Shown: piece by piece, positions 43,292 through 60,985 of the stretch
How positions within the stretch are numbered: position 1 is the stretch's first letter
Layout: the number at the start of each line of letters is the position of its first letter
Assembly (NCBI RefSeq): GCF_009914755.1
Contig: NC_060938.1
DNA length: 64,000 bases
Strand: one strand, 5' to 3'
Source of the DNA: the human T2T-CHM13v2.0 reference genome, Homo sapiens
Program-made: the position numbers and the translations under genes
The notes under the pieces: model-generated
What the model was told of the DNA's origin: nothing
The model's input: only the letters and a program-made list of their open reading frames with translations
Databases searched by the model: none

Positions 43292-44000
43292 GTAATTATT
43301 TTTGGAATTGATAAAAATAAAAATAAGATTGATTAGCTTTGCACTTGTTCTTTTTTTGTTAGTTTTAACTCACTGGTCAATTAGCTACTTAAAAAGAATT
43401 TTACAGTAAACGTGTAGGTAAAAATAAGCATATTTTGAAAGATGATAACAAATGTTTTATGTGGTTTTGGAACTTTTTTTTTTTTAAAGTAATGTAAAGT
43501 GTAAAAGTTAAGCAGAAAAGCTGTGGAATTATATTAACTGGGTTGGAATCCTGACTCTACCACTTAAAAGTTTCTTTACTTCTTCTTCCTCAGTTTTCCT
43601 TATCTGTAAACATACATCATAGAGTTGTTGTAAGCATTGAAAGAGATCTTATTGTAGAGCCACCAATAAATGTTTATTAAGTCGCTTTAATAATTTATTC
43701 TAAACAAATAATTAGCCTCTTTTTATTTATTTAAAAATCTTATTTTAGAAGTGGGGTCAGAAGAAACCATGATAGTATTTAAGGTAGCCTTATGCTCTGA
43801 GTAAGAGGACATTCGGTTTTCTAAGTGCTGTGATGTTTTGAGGGAAATTTTACATTATTGATTTTTATAAAATCTATGCAGCTTTTTATAAATTAACTAT
43901 GTAAGTCTATACTTGAGTAGTGACTGACAATTAGATATCTCTTTAATTTCTAATTAATTTTGACAGATCCTTTTTTGATTCTGCAGACGTTAGTAGATGA

Positions 44001-44839
<839 letters not shown>

Positions 44840-45379
44840 TGGTCAGGTATTCTTTAAATACCTTTTATACCTGCCCTCACTACACCGAGAAGCGTCTGTT
44901 TAAGCTGACTGGATATGGTGGGGAGTGCCTTCCTGAATCTGAAAATAATACTTTTGCCTATTATCAAGTCAGATTATACATATTTTTAAGGCATCTAGTG
45001 GGTGATTACTACTCTTAACATATATGTATGAATGAAAAATGAATTGGATTTTTGCTGTGGAGGTCAAGCATTTTCATTATTTGAAATACCTGCAGTACCC
45101 AATCCGATCTCTGATCAATTTCAGTATTACCTAAAGTCATTATTTCCTGAGCTTGTCAGGCACCGTAAGAACATTATTGATTTTACTGACTTTATCATTT
45201 ACTCATTTATGTCAATAATATTTTAAAGTATGCCAAAGTAAAAACTTTTTTTATTACTCCTATATGTAATTGCTTTCATAACAGCTGTTTTATTTTGAAA
45301 CGAGCTTGCAGGCAAATAATTGTACATTGTCCATTTATTTAGAAACACGATATTAAGTCAGAAGAAATTGGGGGGGCCA

Positions 45380-46360
45380 GATCCTTTAGGGCCCTATATG
45401 TCATTTCCATTTTAATGACTTTCTCTTTTACTCTGACCGAGATGAGAAGTTCTTGGAGAGTTTGGGGCAGAGGATGGTCTTAGCTCGGTTTATATTTTAA
45501 AAGAATCAGCCGGACACTGTGGCTCATGACTGTAATCACAGCACTTTGGGAGGCTAGGTTAGGCAGATTGCTTGAGGCCAGGAGTTCGAGACCAACTAGG
45601 GCAACATGGTAAAACCTTATCTCTACCAAAAATACAAAAATTAGCTGGGTGTGGTGGCATGTGCCTGTAGTTTCAGCTACCTGGGAGGCTGAGGAGGGAG
45701 GATGCTTGAGCCCAGAGGTCGAAGCTCCAGTGAGCCAAGATCACACCACTGCACTTCAGCCTGGGCAACACAGTGAGACCCTGTCTCAAAAAAAGAAAAA
45801 AAAATCATGCTGGTTATTGTCTGAAGAATAAACTGTAGGGGCTAAGGGTGGAAGTGGAGAGACCGGTTGGGAGACTTATAACAATTTAAGCTGAAGATGA
45901 TGGTGACTTGGACTAGGGTGGTAACAAGGAAGGTGGTGAGAAGTGGTTAAGTTCTGGATGTATTTTGCAGGTCAAGCTGACAGGGTGTATTGACAAATTA
46001 GAGTGGGATATGAGATAAAGGCATATGAAGTCTGACTGTAGGATGACTCCAAGGTTTTTGGCCTGAGCAACTGAAGGAGCTGGTATTAACTAAGATGGAT
46101 AAGACTGCAGGAAAGGCCAGGTGTGGTGGCTCACGCCTATATTCCTAACACTTTGGGAGGCCAAGGCAGGTGTATCATTTGAGGTCAGGAGTTTGAGACC
46201 AGCCTGGCCAACATGGTGAAACCCTGTCTCTACTGAAAATACAAAAATTAGCCAGGCATGGTGGCGGATGCCTATAATCTCAGCTACTTGGGAGGCTGAG
46301 GCAGGAGAATTAGGGAATATCAGGAGCTTGGTTTTAGATGAGTTAACTTTGACATGCCTC
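45380..46360. mobile_element. L2a fragment interrupted by Alus (~45508-45803, ~46115-46310)
   Basis: ggatgactccaaggtttttggcctgagcaactg and related L2 text. Confidence 0.7.
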
Positions 46361-47954
46361 TCAGATTAATGCTTTTCAAACTATTGAAACTGGTAGAGGA
46401 CCAGCTTATTTCCCCCACTACATGACATACTGATACTTTTGAACAATAAAAATGAATTACTAGAAAGTAAAATGAATGAAAAATAAAGTTCTGGTCCAAT
46501 TTTTAAAATATTACTAGAGTCAGCCAACAAAATTACTCTGTCAAGTGTCTAAACCCTTACTTTCAGTTATTGTACTTACCTTGTTGTCAGCTAGTAATAA
46601 ACAGTTTTTGGACAGGCACCAGTAATAAACAGTTCATGGAGCACACTTTCAGTAGCAGTCTTTTAAACATCAAGCAGAGATATTGGATAAACAATTGAAT
46701 ATATGTCTTGAGTTTGTGGAAAGGGTTCATGGAAGTGTATATTCAATGGCAAATTAATATCAATCTTAAGCATGGAAGTAACAGTTTAGTTTATACATGT
46801 TAACTAAAAAGAAAATTGACATTCTTTATTAATCTGTTAGTTATATTAAGAAAAAATGTATCTAGCACTGTGGCCTTTTTTTTTTCTTTATCTGGGCAAA
46901 AAGGACATCTGCTTTACTGTGTTATATGCAGGTTGGCTTAATGTCAGTACAAATTCCAAAGGAAATGAATTACTCTTAATGTTTAATCATGATCATTGTT
47001 TCTCCCTGTACTCCGAGGATTTCCATATTGAAAGAAAATCCTTGGACCAGTGCAACTGAAATGTTTATGAGAAGACTTAACATAATACATTTATATTTAT
47101 TGTCCTACTTTTAAGGTTGTTGTTTTTCACAATACAACTAGCTTACAGATTAAGTTAGGTTTTTGGAGTCAGAGACACTAACATTCAAATGCTGATGATT
47201 ATTAGTGAGACATTAGGCAAATAGCTTAACTTTTCAGATTTTCAGATTGTTTAATAAAATGCAATGATAATATCTACCTCATAGGGTCGTTGGCAGTAGA
47301 AACTAATATATAAAGTACTTAGTTTGGTACCTGGCACATAGTGTGCCCTTGCACATAGTAGCTATCATTATTTATCAGCTAATTCAGCTTTTGATGTTGC
47401 ATTATCTCACTTAATTACCACCTCCACCACTCCACTGTACACAAACTCACAATGTTGGTATTGGTCTGTATGGAGAAACTGAGGCTCAGAGCAGTTGAGA
47501 ACTAAGTTTATAAGGCTTAAGGGACTTTCATTAACTTTTTCATTAACTCCTTCTCACGCTATTGTGGTTTCATTAAACTGATCAGAGAAATCCTGGAATG
47601 GTAGTATAAAAGGTAAGATATGACTTCTAAGAGTAATACAACATTCTTACAAATATTATAAGAAATATTTATAAACCTATTTCAGATAAAGCTATACATT
47701 TAGGTCTAAGATATGATAAATAGGAGTGATTGCTGTAGGCCATTTCCCTGCCCTATTCCCCTTTCTGTGGTGCTAAAAGTAAACTCTGGGTTTTCTCATT
47801 CAGTGACGAACTTAAATTGTTGACAAATCCTTTTGACATCACAACCATTACTAAAGCAAAATAATTAGAACTGTTTATTTTACCATAATCTCTTTTGGCT
47901 TATATTGCTAGTTGGTTGCTTCTTTTCCTATTCTATACTATCCTTGATGCTGAT

Positions 47955-48252
47955 TTTTTTGCTTTGTTTTGTTGAAACGAGGCTTTACTCTGTTGCCTAG
48001 GCTAGAGTGCAGTGTCACAGTCATAGCTCACTTGCAGCCTTGAACTCCTGGGCTCAAGAGATCCTCCTGCCTCGGTCTCCCAAGTAGTTAGTGCTACATG
48101 CATACACCATCATGCTGGGCTAGTTTTTTTATTTTTCGTAGAGACAGGGTTTTTCTATGTGCCCAGGCTGAGCTTGAGCTCCTGGACTCAAGCAATCTTT
48201 CTGCCTTGTCCTCCCAAAGTGTTGACATTACAGGCATGAGCTGTGGCCAGCC
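47955..48252 (-). mobile_element. AluJ, antisense
   Basis: Diverged Alu dimer. Confidence 0.85.
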
Positions 48253-48369
48253 TTGAGGCTGATTTTTAATCTGATTTTACTATTTTTCAGGTGAGTGGGG
48301 AAAAATATGCTTTGATCTACAGTTCTCTTACATTTGCATGTAGTTATTTTTCAATTGTTTTTATTTTAG

Positions 48370-48576
48370 GTAGTGAAACAGTTTCGTGACGGTGGTTACA
48401 ACACGCTGGTTTCTACCTGTGTGGGTGAAGAAGGTTTGGATATAGGAGAAGTTGATCTTATAATATGTTTTGATTCCCAGAAGAGCCCAATTCGTCTTGT
48501 ACAACGAATGGGTAGAACTGGCCGTAAACGTCAAGGCAGGATAGTTATTATCCTTTCTGAAGGACGAGAGGAACGT
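48370..48576 (+). CDS. FANCM: FANCM exon 10 (c.1582-1788), helicase motifs V-VI
   Basis: ttttag/gtaagt; [16 protein letters not shown] and QRMGRTGR; 207 nt. Confidence 0.97.
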
Positions 48577-49273
48577 GTAAGTAGAGCTGCAGAAACACAA
48601 TTTGACACTTGAAATTTGAGAAATACAGCCCAAAGGTGAATATCAACATGTTAGCATTCCAAGTCCAAACACTCTGTAGATAGTTTTGGTTTATTTTCCC
48701 CCACTTTGTATTGGATTCTCTCTTGTAACTAGGAGAATTTTTGACTGGAGTCAGTTTGCTAATTTTTATCCATCTAAAGAAACACATTTTTAATACTTAA
48801 GTAGTAATTCAGAGATACCTAGATCTAAAAACCAATATCTATTACTTTGTTTTACTATTTTCCTGTGCTTCTAAAGAAGGCCTGTGCTTTGTGTTTAGTT
48901 TACTTTTCTTTCTGAACTATAGTAAACTGAGAATCATTTTTTCCTTTTCAAGGGCTGTCAAAATAACTGACTAAATAAGAAACAAAGAACATGTATCAGA
49001 GACAGTATGAAGCCTGAAAAACCCAAAATATTTACTTTCTGGCCCTTTTTGGAAGTTTGCTGATGCCTATTTTAAGTGATAAGGAACTTGAGTTATATTC
49101 ATACTGTGCTACAATCTTGAGTGACAGGCCTTTCTAAATAAGATGTTACATAAAATATTATTTTGTGTTTGTTACACTAAAGTATTAACTAACTTTTGTA
49201 ACTTATCGAGACTAGTTCAGCAGCCAAATATATAGATTCACATTAAAGGTCTTAACAGCCATGATAATTTTTA

Positions 49274-50806
<1,533 letters not shown>

Positions 50807-50960
50807 ATTCAAGACAACAGAAGCTCCATTTTCTAAGTATTTAAGTGGATCGGGGTTTAATTTTATGTTTACAATAAATCCAAACTAATAATTGCTTGTT
50901 ATGGATAAATTGTTATTTATAAAAGTAATATAATCTGACATTTTCTATTTGTTTTTACAG

Positions 50961-51174
50961 ATTTATAATCAGAGTCAGTCCAACAAAAGAAGTATATATA
51001 AAGCTATTTCAAGTAACAGGCAGGTCCTTCATTTTTACCAAAGAAGTCCACGAATGGTTCCTGATGGAATCAACCCAAAATTACACAAAATGTTCATCAC
51101 ACATGGTGTCTATGAACCAGAGAAGCCTTCTCGGAACTTGCAGCGAAAGTCATCTATCTTTTCCTATAGGGATG
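50961..51174 (+). CDS. FANCM: FANCM exon 11 (c.1789-2002)
   Basis: ttacag/gtaaat; IYNQSQSNKRSIYKAISS...SSIFSYRD; Arg658 codon CGA at 51144 intact; 214 nt. Confidence 0.96.
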
Positions 51175-51376
51175 GTAAATAAATTTTGCATTTGACACAT
51201 GCATTTTTCCCCTGTTCTTACTTAGCAGGTCGTATCTTGATATAATATTTCTTGTTTGAAAAACTGAATATATGTTCTAATTAATATATTATAGGCATTC
51301 TCTTTGGAAAGGCTGTACGAGATTATTCATGTGGCAAATGGAGAGACACTGGTAGTATAGAGTGACAGAAACTCAG

Positions 51377-51705
51377 TGTTGGGGAAAATTAAACATACCC
51401 TACCAACCCAGAGAATGTTCTCCATAAAGTTTAGAAAAGAAAGAAAACAGTTTTATTTTTTAATAAGCATTAAACCAGATTACAATGTGCGCTGAAGATA
51501 ATGTACTAAGATAATACCAAGACAGAAAGAAATTCCCTATATGTATCCCCAAGCACTTAGAATCCTTTACATACATGTTGTCAATATTAATAGTAACTTG
51601 TCCTCATGTAAGAGGGCACCATTTGCTATACATTCCTTCATAGTTTATCCCATATTTACCTGGTAATTGAGGTAGCCATTTGTGTTAGCTGGTTACCTTT
51701 CTCAA
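51377..51705 (-). mobile_element. ERV1-type LTR fragment (MER90/MER110-like)
   Basis: tgttggggaaaatt start; agaaaacagttttatt...aataagcattaaaccaga resembles a recalled consensus. Confidence 0.45.
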
Positions 51706-52664
51706 ATATCTTGAGATATTTGCACTATGAAAGTGAGAAAAAATGTTTATTTTTTGGATTTTACTTAATCTCTGAAGTGGGTTTTAAACAATCATAAAAA
51801 TCATATAACTAACATTTGGAAGGAACCTTGGGAGTCATGTGGTCCAATTACTTATCAAGGTAGGAATGCTTCTGCATCATTCTTGTTTTAAATGCATAGC
51901 CAGTCTCAACTTGAATACCTCTGTTAATATAAATTATATTTCTTTAGAGGGTTCATTCCATTGTTGAACGGCCCTGTATAGTAGAAGACTCTTACGCTGA
52001 AAAATCTGTGTCTTTGTACCTTTTTCTCATTGATCTGGTTTCTTAGATAAAAAGTACAGTTTTCATCTTTGGTTTACCTTTATAACAGTTCTCTATATAT
52101 TTGAAGGCCATACCTTTTATGTTTGTTCAACTGTTTGTTCCACTGTTGTCATACCATGCATTTTTAAGGTTCTTACCCTCCTACTACTTGCTTTCAATTC
52201 AGATTTGTTAATGTTCTTTCCCTTAACTCAGAGCCGTCAATCAATGTTTTTTTGGCTATGTCTATTAAACTTAATACAAATGCACTTAATAGGAACATAC
52301 CTGTCATTTTTCAAGATTTTGCCAATTATTTGGTTAAAATAAAAACACAGCATGTCTTTTGAGTTTTCTTGAATTTGATAAATTAATAAAAGCATCAAAA
52401 CTTGATTAGGTTGGATAAATCATTTTTAGTGATCATTATATTTTTTATAGTTGCTAATTAATCTTATATTTAATAATTATTTCTAAAATGTTACTGAGGT
52501 CGATGGCAAATTCTTTAGTGAATATCTGGAACCTATCCTTTTAAAAAATTGAGATAATGTTAACTTATGTTCATTTTTCTATACTTGTTTCTTCCCCTTT
52601 TCTCTGATTTTTCAAGTGTCAAAGATTTATCTTAGATTATGTGATTTATGTATGGAATAATTCT

Positions 52665-52895
52665 ATAATTCTGTACTAGTATATAAATACACTAGTGTAT
52701 TTATACTAATATATAAAATATATACTAGTGTATTTACTATGTATTTTGCTAATGTATGCTAACTATATACTAGTGTTTATACATAGTATATATTTTATAT
52801 ATATTAAAATATATAGTATATATTATATACTATATATAGTATATGTAGTATTATATATAGTGTATTTGTAGTATATATTATATACACTAGTATGT
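52665..52895. repeat. AT-rich low-complexity quasi-palindromic tract
   Basis: tata/ctagt/tatac motifs; perfect 24-bp palindrome at 52682-52705. Confidence 0.88.
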
Positions 52896-52920
52896 AATTC
52901 ATCTGAGCTTAGAGCTCTGA

Positions 52921-55282
<2,362 letters not shown>

Positions 55283-55336
55283 TTTTCAGTATTTTACTAA
55301 CATAAATTATGCTTTCATAAGCATCCTTGTAAACCA

Positions 55337-55701
55337 TTTTTTTTTTAAATTTCAATAGTTTTTGAGGAACAGGTGCTGTTTTGTTACATGGATAAGTTCT
55401 TAGTGGTGATTTCTGAGATTTTGGTGCACATCATCCGAGCAGTGTACACTGCACCCAATGTATAGTCTTTTATCCCTTGCCCCACTCCTACTCTTCCCCC
55501 CGAGTCCACGACAGAGTCCATTATATTATTCTTAGGCCTTTGTGTCCTCATAGCTTAGCTCTTACTTCTAAATGGGAACATACGATGTTTGGTTTTCCAT
55601 TCCTAAGTTACTTCACTTAGAATAATAGTCTCCAACTCCATCCAGGTTGCTGCGAATGTAATAATTTCATTCTTTTTTTTATGGCTGAGTAGTAGTCCAT
55701 G

Positions 55702-55733
<32 letters not shown>

Positions 55734-56570
55734 ATGTGTGTCACATTTTCTTTATCCACTCACTGATTGATGGGCATATAGGCTGGCTTCATATTTTTGC
55801 AGTTGCGAATTTTGCTGCTATAAATATGGGTGTGCGAGTATCTTTTTCATATAATGACTTCTTTTCCTCTGGATTAGATACCCAGTAGTGGGACTGCTGG
55901 ATCAAATGGTAGTTCTGCTTTTAGTTCTTTAAGGAATCTCCGTATTGTATTGCCTAGTAGCTGTACTAATTTACACTCCCACCAGCAGTGTAAAAGTGTT
56001 CCCTTTTCACCACATCCACTCCAACATCTATTATTTTTTGATTTTTTTAATTATGGCCATTCTTGCAGGAGTAAGGTGGTATTGTATTGTGGTTTTGATT
56101 TGTATTTCTCTGATAATTAGTGATGTTGAACATTTTTTATATGTTTATTGGCCATTTGAGTTCCTTATAGATTCTGGATATTAATCCTTTGTTGGATGCA
56201 TATTTTACAAAGATTTTCTCCTACCCTGTGGGTTGTCTGTTTACTCTGCTGTGCAAAAGCATTTAGTTTAATTTAGCCCCATCTATCTTTGTTTTTGTTG
56301 CATTTGCTTTTGGGTTCTTGGTCATGAACTCTTTGCCTAAGCCAATGTCTAGAAGAGTTTTTTCAATGTGACAGAATTTTTATGGTTTCAGGTCTTAGAG
56401 GTAGGGCTTCGATCCATCTTGAGTTGATTTTTGTATAAGGTGAGGGATGAGGATCCAGTTTCATTCTTCTGCATGTGGCTTGCCAGTTATCCCAGTATCA
56501 TTTGGTTGAATATGGTGTCCTTTCCCCACTTTATGTTTTTGTTTGCTTTGTTGAAGATCAGTTGGCTGTA
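55337..56570 (-). mobile_element. 5'-truncated L1PB (L1PB1-like) with 38-bp flanking direct repeat; internal (TG)n ~55703-55732
   Basis: T-tail then tttcaatagtttttgaggaacaggtg...gatttctgagattttggtgcac; identical flanks 55299-55336 and 56571-56608. Confidence 0.85.
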
Positions 56571-57063
56571 AACATAAATTATGCTTTCATAAGCATCCTT
56601 GTAAACCAAAACAAAAAATAAAATTTTTGTTTTGAAATTATATTTAAAACTTTAAATTTGATGTTATTGTTTATTTTGTTTATTATTAACAAATTCTTTG
56701 TTAACTTTGTGAAAGTCAAGAGAACTGATCAAAGGTTGTAGATGTGCCTGGAGAGCTGGGAAAACAACCTCAGAAAAGATTTCTTTTAAAATATTTAACT
56801 GTTTGCTCTTAACATGGAACTATATAAACAGGAATATTGTCAACTTGTAAGTCATATAACAGTTACTTAACAAATATATTTTAAAGGGCATCTTTCTGCT
56901 TTATGAAATTATTTTCTTTTTTTCTTCTGAGATTTTAGTTGGGAGTATCTAAATGGATCCAAATTATGTTAAGCTGATTATATGTATATTGAGTGTTTTT
57001 TAAAATTAGTTTGTGAAATCTCAGTATGTTTTCATCATTTTTATTACTTTTTAAATAATTAAG

Positions 57064-57219
57064 GCTCAAGAATCAACCACTGGAATTCATCAACTCTCTC
57101 TCTCTGAATGGAGACTGTGGCAAGATCATCCTTTGCCTACACATCAAGTTGATCACTCAGATCGATGCCGCCATTTTATAGGCCTTATGCAAATGATAGA
57201 GGGAATGAGACACGAAGAG
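57064..57219 (+). CDS. FANCM: FANCM exon 13 (c.2161-2316)
   Basis: attaag/gtgggg; AQESTTGIHQLSLSEWRLWQDHPLPTHQVDHSDRCRHFIGLMQMIEGMRHEE; 156 nt. Confidence 0.95.
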
Positions 57220-57639
57220 GTGGGGTTTTATTGTAACTTTCTCTTGCTGGTATGATAGTAAAACTAGAGTACTTAGCTTTTATTTTTCTTAATTTGAAGT
57301 AATAAGAAATACTTTGTTTTTCTGTATAGTTCCTTGTGATCTCAGTAAAGAATGAGTTTTCTGCCTTAAGAGAAGAAATAGATTTAATTAATTAGAAGAA
57401 GAATATCATCTGTAAATATTGATAGACCAGAGTAGAATTTTAATATACTTAAATGATTTATGTAAACTGTTTGTAAACCTTATTTAGGATTCTTTTGGAT
57501 TCGGATTTATTGAAATACTCTCTGTCATCTAGGTTATTTGATATCTTTCTTGTATCCTGGTCCTAGTTTAGAGAATTATAGATTCCTTGAGCAGTTCCTT
57601 GATTATTCTTCCTAGAGTCAGCATAGTGAACCAATTATG

Positions 57640-57870
57640 AGTGTGAAATCCATAGTGCCTGGGTTAGAATCCTAACTCTGCCTCCTACTGATTGTGTGTT
57701 TGTAAGTTATTTAACCTCTCAGTGCTTCAGTTTTATCTGTAAAATAGTCATAGTGATAATACTTATTTCATAAGGTTGTTGTGAGGATTAAATGACCTAA
57801 TATATGTAAAGCACGTAGTAGCTGGCATATGATAAGTACACAGTAAATTGTAGCTCCTATTTTTATTATT
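57640..57870. mobile_element. MIR
   Basis: ttatttaacctctcagtgcttcagtttt...atctgtaaaat...gttgtttgtgaggattaaatga. Confidence 0.75.
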
Positions 57871-58114
57871 AGCCTTTGATCATGCATACATGTAAATAAA
57901 GTAGTTAGATGTGGATCCCAGCAAAATGTGTGCAATCAAATTAACATATATTTATTGAGTGCCTTCTGTGTGCCACACTCTATTCCCTGCTTTATGGCTA
58001 TAACCGTTAGCAAACAGAGAAAATATTCTGTTTATGTGGAGTATATATACTAGCAGGGAGACAGACATTTGCTCACATTAATGCTTATTATATTTATTAT
58101 TCAAAAAAGCAGAG

Positions 58115-58416
58115 GGCCAGGTGCGGTGGCTCATGCCTGTAATCTCAGGCTTTGGGAGGCCGAAGCAGGCAGATCACTTGAGGTCAGGAGTTCGAGACCA
58201 GCCTGGCCAATATGAGGAAACCCTGTCTGTACTAAAAATACAAAAATTAGCTGGGTGTGGTGGCACATGCCTGTAATCCCAGCTACTCAGAAGGCTGAGG
58301 CAGGAGAGTCACTTGAACCCGGGAAGCGGAGGTTGCAGTGAGCCAAGATCAAGTCACCGTACTCCAGCCTGGGCGACAGAGCGAGACTTTGTCTAAAAAA
58401 AAAAAAAACAAAAAAA
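58115..58416 (+). mobile_element. AluS
   Basis: TSD-like aaaaa[gc]cagag. Confidence 0.9.
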
Positions 58417-59079
58417 CCAGAGAGGTAACTGCTTAAGTCTATAAGTAGTAGAGGAATCCTGATTAAAGTAGCATTCTTAGGGGAAAGGAGGGATGGTGGA
58501 GATTGTAAGTTTTAGCTAATAACTTAGAGATAAGTAAGACTTAGAAATTCACTATACGAATCCTTGATTAGGAACTTTGTTACAAATAGAAGTATATTCC
58601 AGGATACAACCTAGCAGACATACAGGTACTACTATGTTGGACATTCCAAAAGCTATTCTTAGTTTACTGTCATTGAAAGAGTAAATTTAACAAATGTATA
58701 TGGTTTTTATTAATATATGTTTTTAAAATATCTATTTTTAAGAAATTAGAATAATTCAGTTAAATGTTAGAAATGTAAAACTCACTATATTCTTATGTAT
58801 TCATTCAATTTGTTCTTCCTACAAATAGTTACCAAGGGTCTTTTGGGTATTAAGTACTGGGGATACAAAAAAGTTAACTGATTAATGATAACTTGATAGT
58901 TTCACAGTAGTGTACTTTATAATTTTGATTTATCGGAATAACTTTTAAGGTATAAAAGAATATCACTGGAACAATGTAATAATATAAATATTTTAATATA
59001 GAGTGAAACTCCTCTCTTAGATTTGGCTTTCTGTTTTGTTTTGTTTTCCTGTGGCTTTTTAAATTTTCCTTATTTATAG

Positions 59080-60985
59080 GGAGAATGCAGCTATGAATTG
59101 GAAGTTGAATCTTATTTACAAATGGAAGATGTTACCTCAACATTTATTGCTCCCAGGAATGAATCTAATAATCTTGCCAGTGACACCTTTATCACTCACA
59201 AGAAATCGTCATTTATAAAGAACATAAATCAAGGCAGTTCATCCTCAGTGATAGAATCTGATGAAGAATGTGCTGAAATTGTTAAACAAACTCATATCAA
59301 ACCTACTAAAATTGTTTCTTTAAAGAAAAAAGTGTCTAAAGAAATAAAAAAAGATCAGCTTAAAAAAGAAAATAATCACGGTATTATAGATTCTGTAGAT
59401 AATGACAGAAATTCCACTGTTGAAAATATTTTTCAAGAAGACCTACCAAATGATAAAAGGACATCAGATACAGATGAAATTGCTGCCACATGTACTATTA
59501 ATGAAAATGTTATTAAAGAACCGTGTGTGTTATTAACAGAGTGTCAGTTTACAAATAAATCCACTAGTTCACTTGCTGGAAATGTTTTAGATTCTGGTTA
59601 TAACAGTTTCAATGATGAAAAATCTGTTTCATCTAACTTATTTCTTCCATTCGAAGAAGAGCTTTATATTGTTAGAACAGATGACCAATTTTATAATTGT
59701 CACTCATTGACAAAAGAGGTACTAGCTAATGTAGAGAGATTTTTATCTTATTCTCCTCCGCCTCTCAGTGGACTCTCAGACTTGGAATATGAAATTGCTA
59801 AGGGTACTGCACTTGAGAATTTGCTTTTCTTACCCTGTGCAGAGCATTTACGAAGTGATAAATGCACCTGTTTGCTGTCACATTCAGCTGTGAATTCTCA
59901 ACAGAATTTAGAATTGAATTCACTTAAATGTATAAATTATCCATCTGAAAAAAGTTGCCTTTATGATATACCTAATGATAATATTTCTGATGAGCCAAGT
60001 CTCTGTGACTGTGATGTACATAAACATAATCAAAATGAAAATTTAGTACCTAACAATCGTGTTCAAATACACAGAAGCCCTGCACAGAATTTAGTTGGAG
60101 AGAACAATCATGATGTTGATAACAGTGACCTCCCAGTATTGTCCACTGATCAAGATGAAAGTTTGCTGTTATTTGAAGATGTTAATACAGAGTTCGACGA
60201 TGTGAGTCTTTCACCCTTGAACAGTAAAAGCGAATCTTTACCTGTGTCAGACAAAACTGCTATTAGTGAAACGCCTCTGGTCTCTCAGTTCTTAATTTCT
60301 GATGAACTTTTGTTGGACAATAATTCTGAACTCCAAGATCAAATCACCCGTGATGCTAATAGTTTTAAATCTCGTGATCAGAGAGGTGTACAGGAAGAAA
60401 AAGTGAAGAATCATGAGGATATTTTTGATTGCTCTAGGGATTTATTTTCTGTTACCTTTGATTTAGGATTCTGTAGTCCAGATTCTGATGATGAAATATT
60501 GGAACATACATCAGATAGCAATAGACCTCTAGATGATCTATATGGAAGGTATTTGGAAATTAAGGAGATAAGTGATGCAAATTATGTTTTGAATCAAGCA
60601 CTAATACCAAGAGATCATAGTAAAAATTTTACTAGTGGAACTGTTATTATCCCATCAAATGAAGATATGCAGAATCCAAATTATGTACATTTGCCACTGA
60701 GTGCAGCAAAAAATGAAGAATTGTTATCTCCTGGTTATTCTCAGTTTTCTTTACCAGTGCAAAAAAAAGTTATGAGTACACCACTCTCTAAATCAAACAC
60801 ATTGAACTCATTTTCTAAGATAAGAAAGGAAATACTTAAGACACCAGATTCTAGTAAGGAAAAAGTAAACCTACAAAGATTCAAAGAAGCATTGAATTCA
60901 ACTTTTGATTATTCAGAATTTTCTCTAGAAAAGTCTAAAAGCAGTGGTCCAATGTATCTGCATAAATCCTGTCATTCTGTTGAAG
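59080..60985 (+). CDS. FANCM: FANCM exon 14 (c.2317-4222), large exon
   Basis: ttatag/gtaaga; 1906 nt open; DSGYNS degron-like motif (~59590), MM1 region, MM2 EDIFDCSRDLFSVTFDLGF (RMI-binding). Confidence 0.97.
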
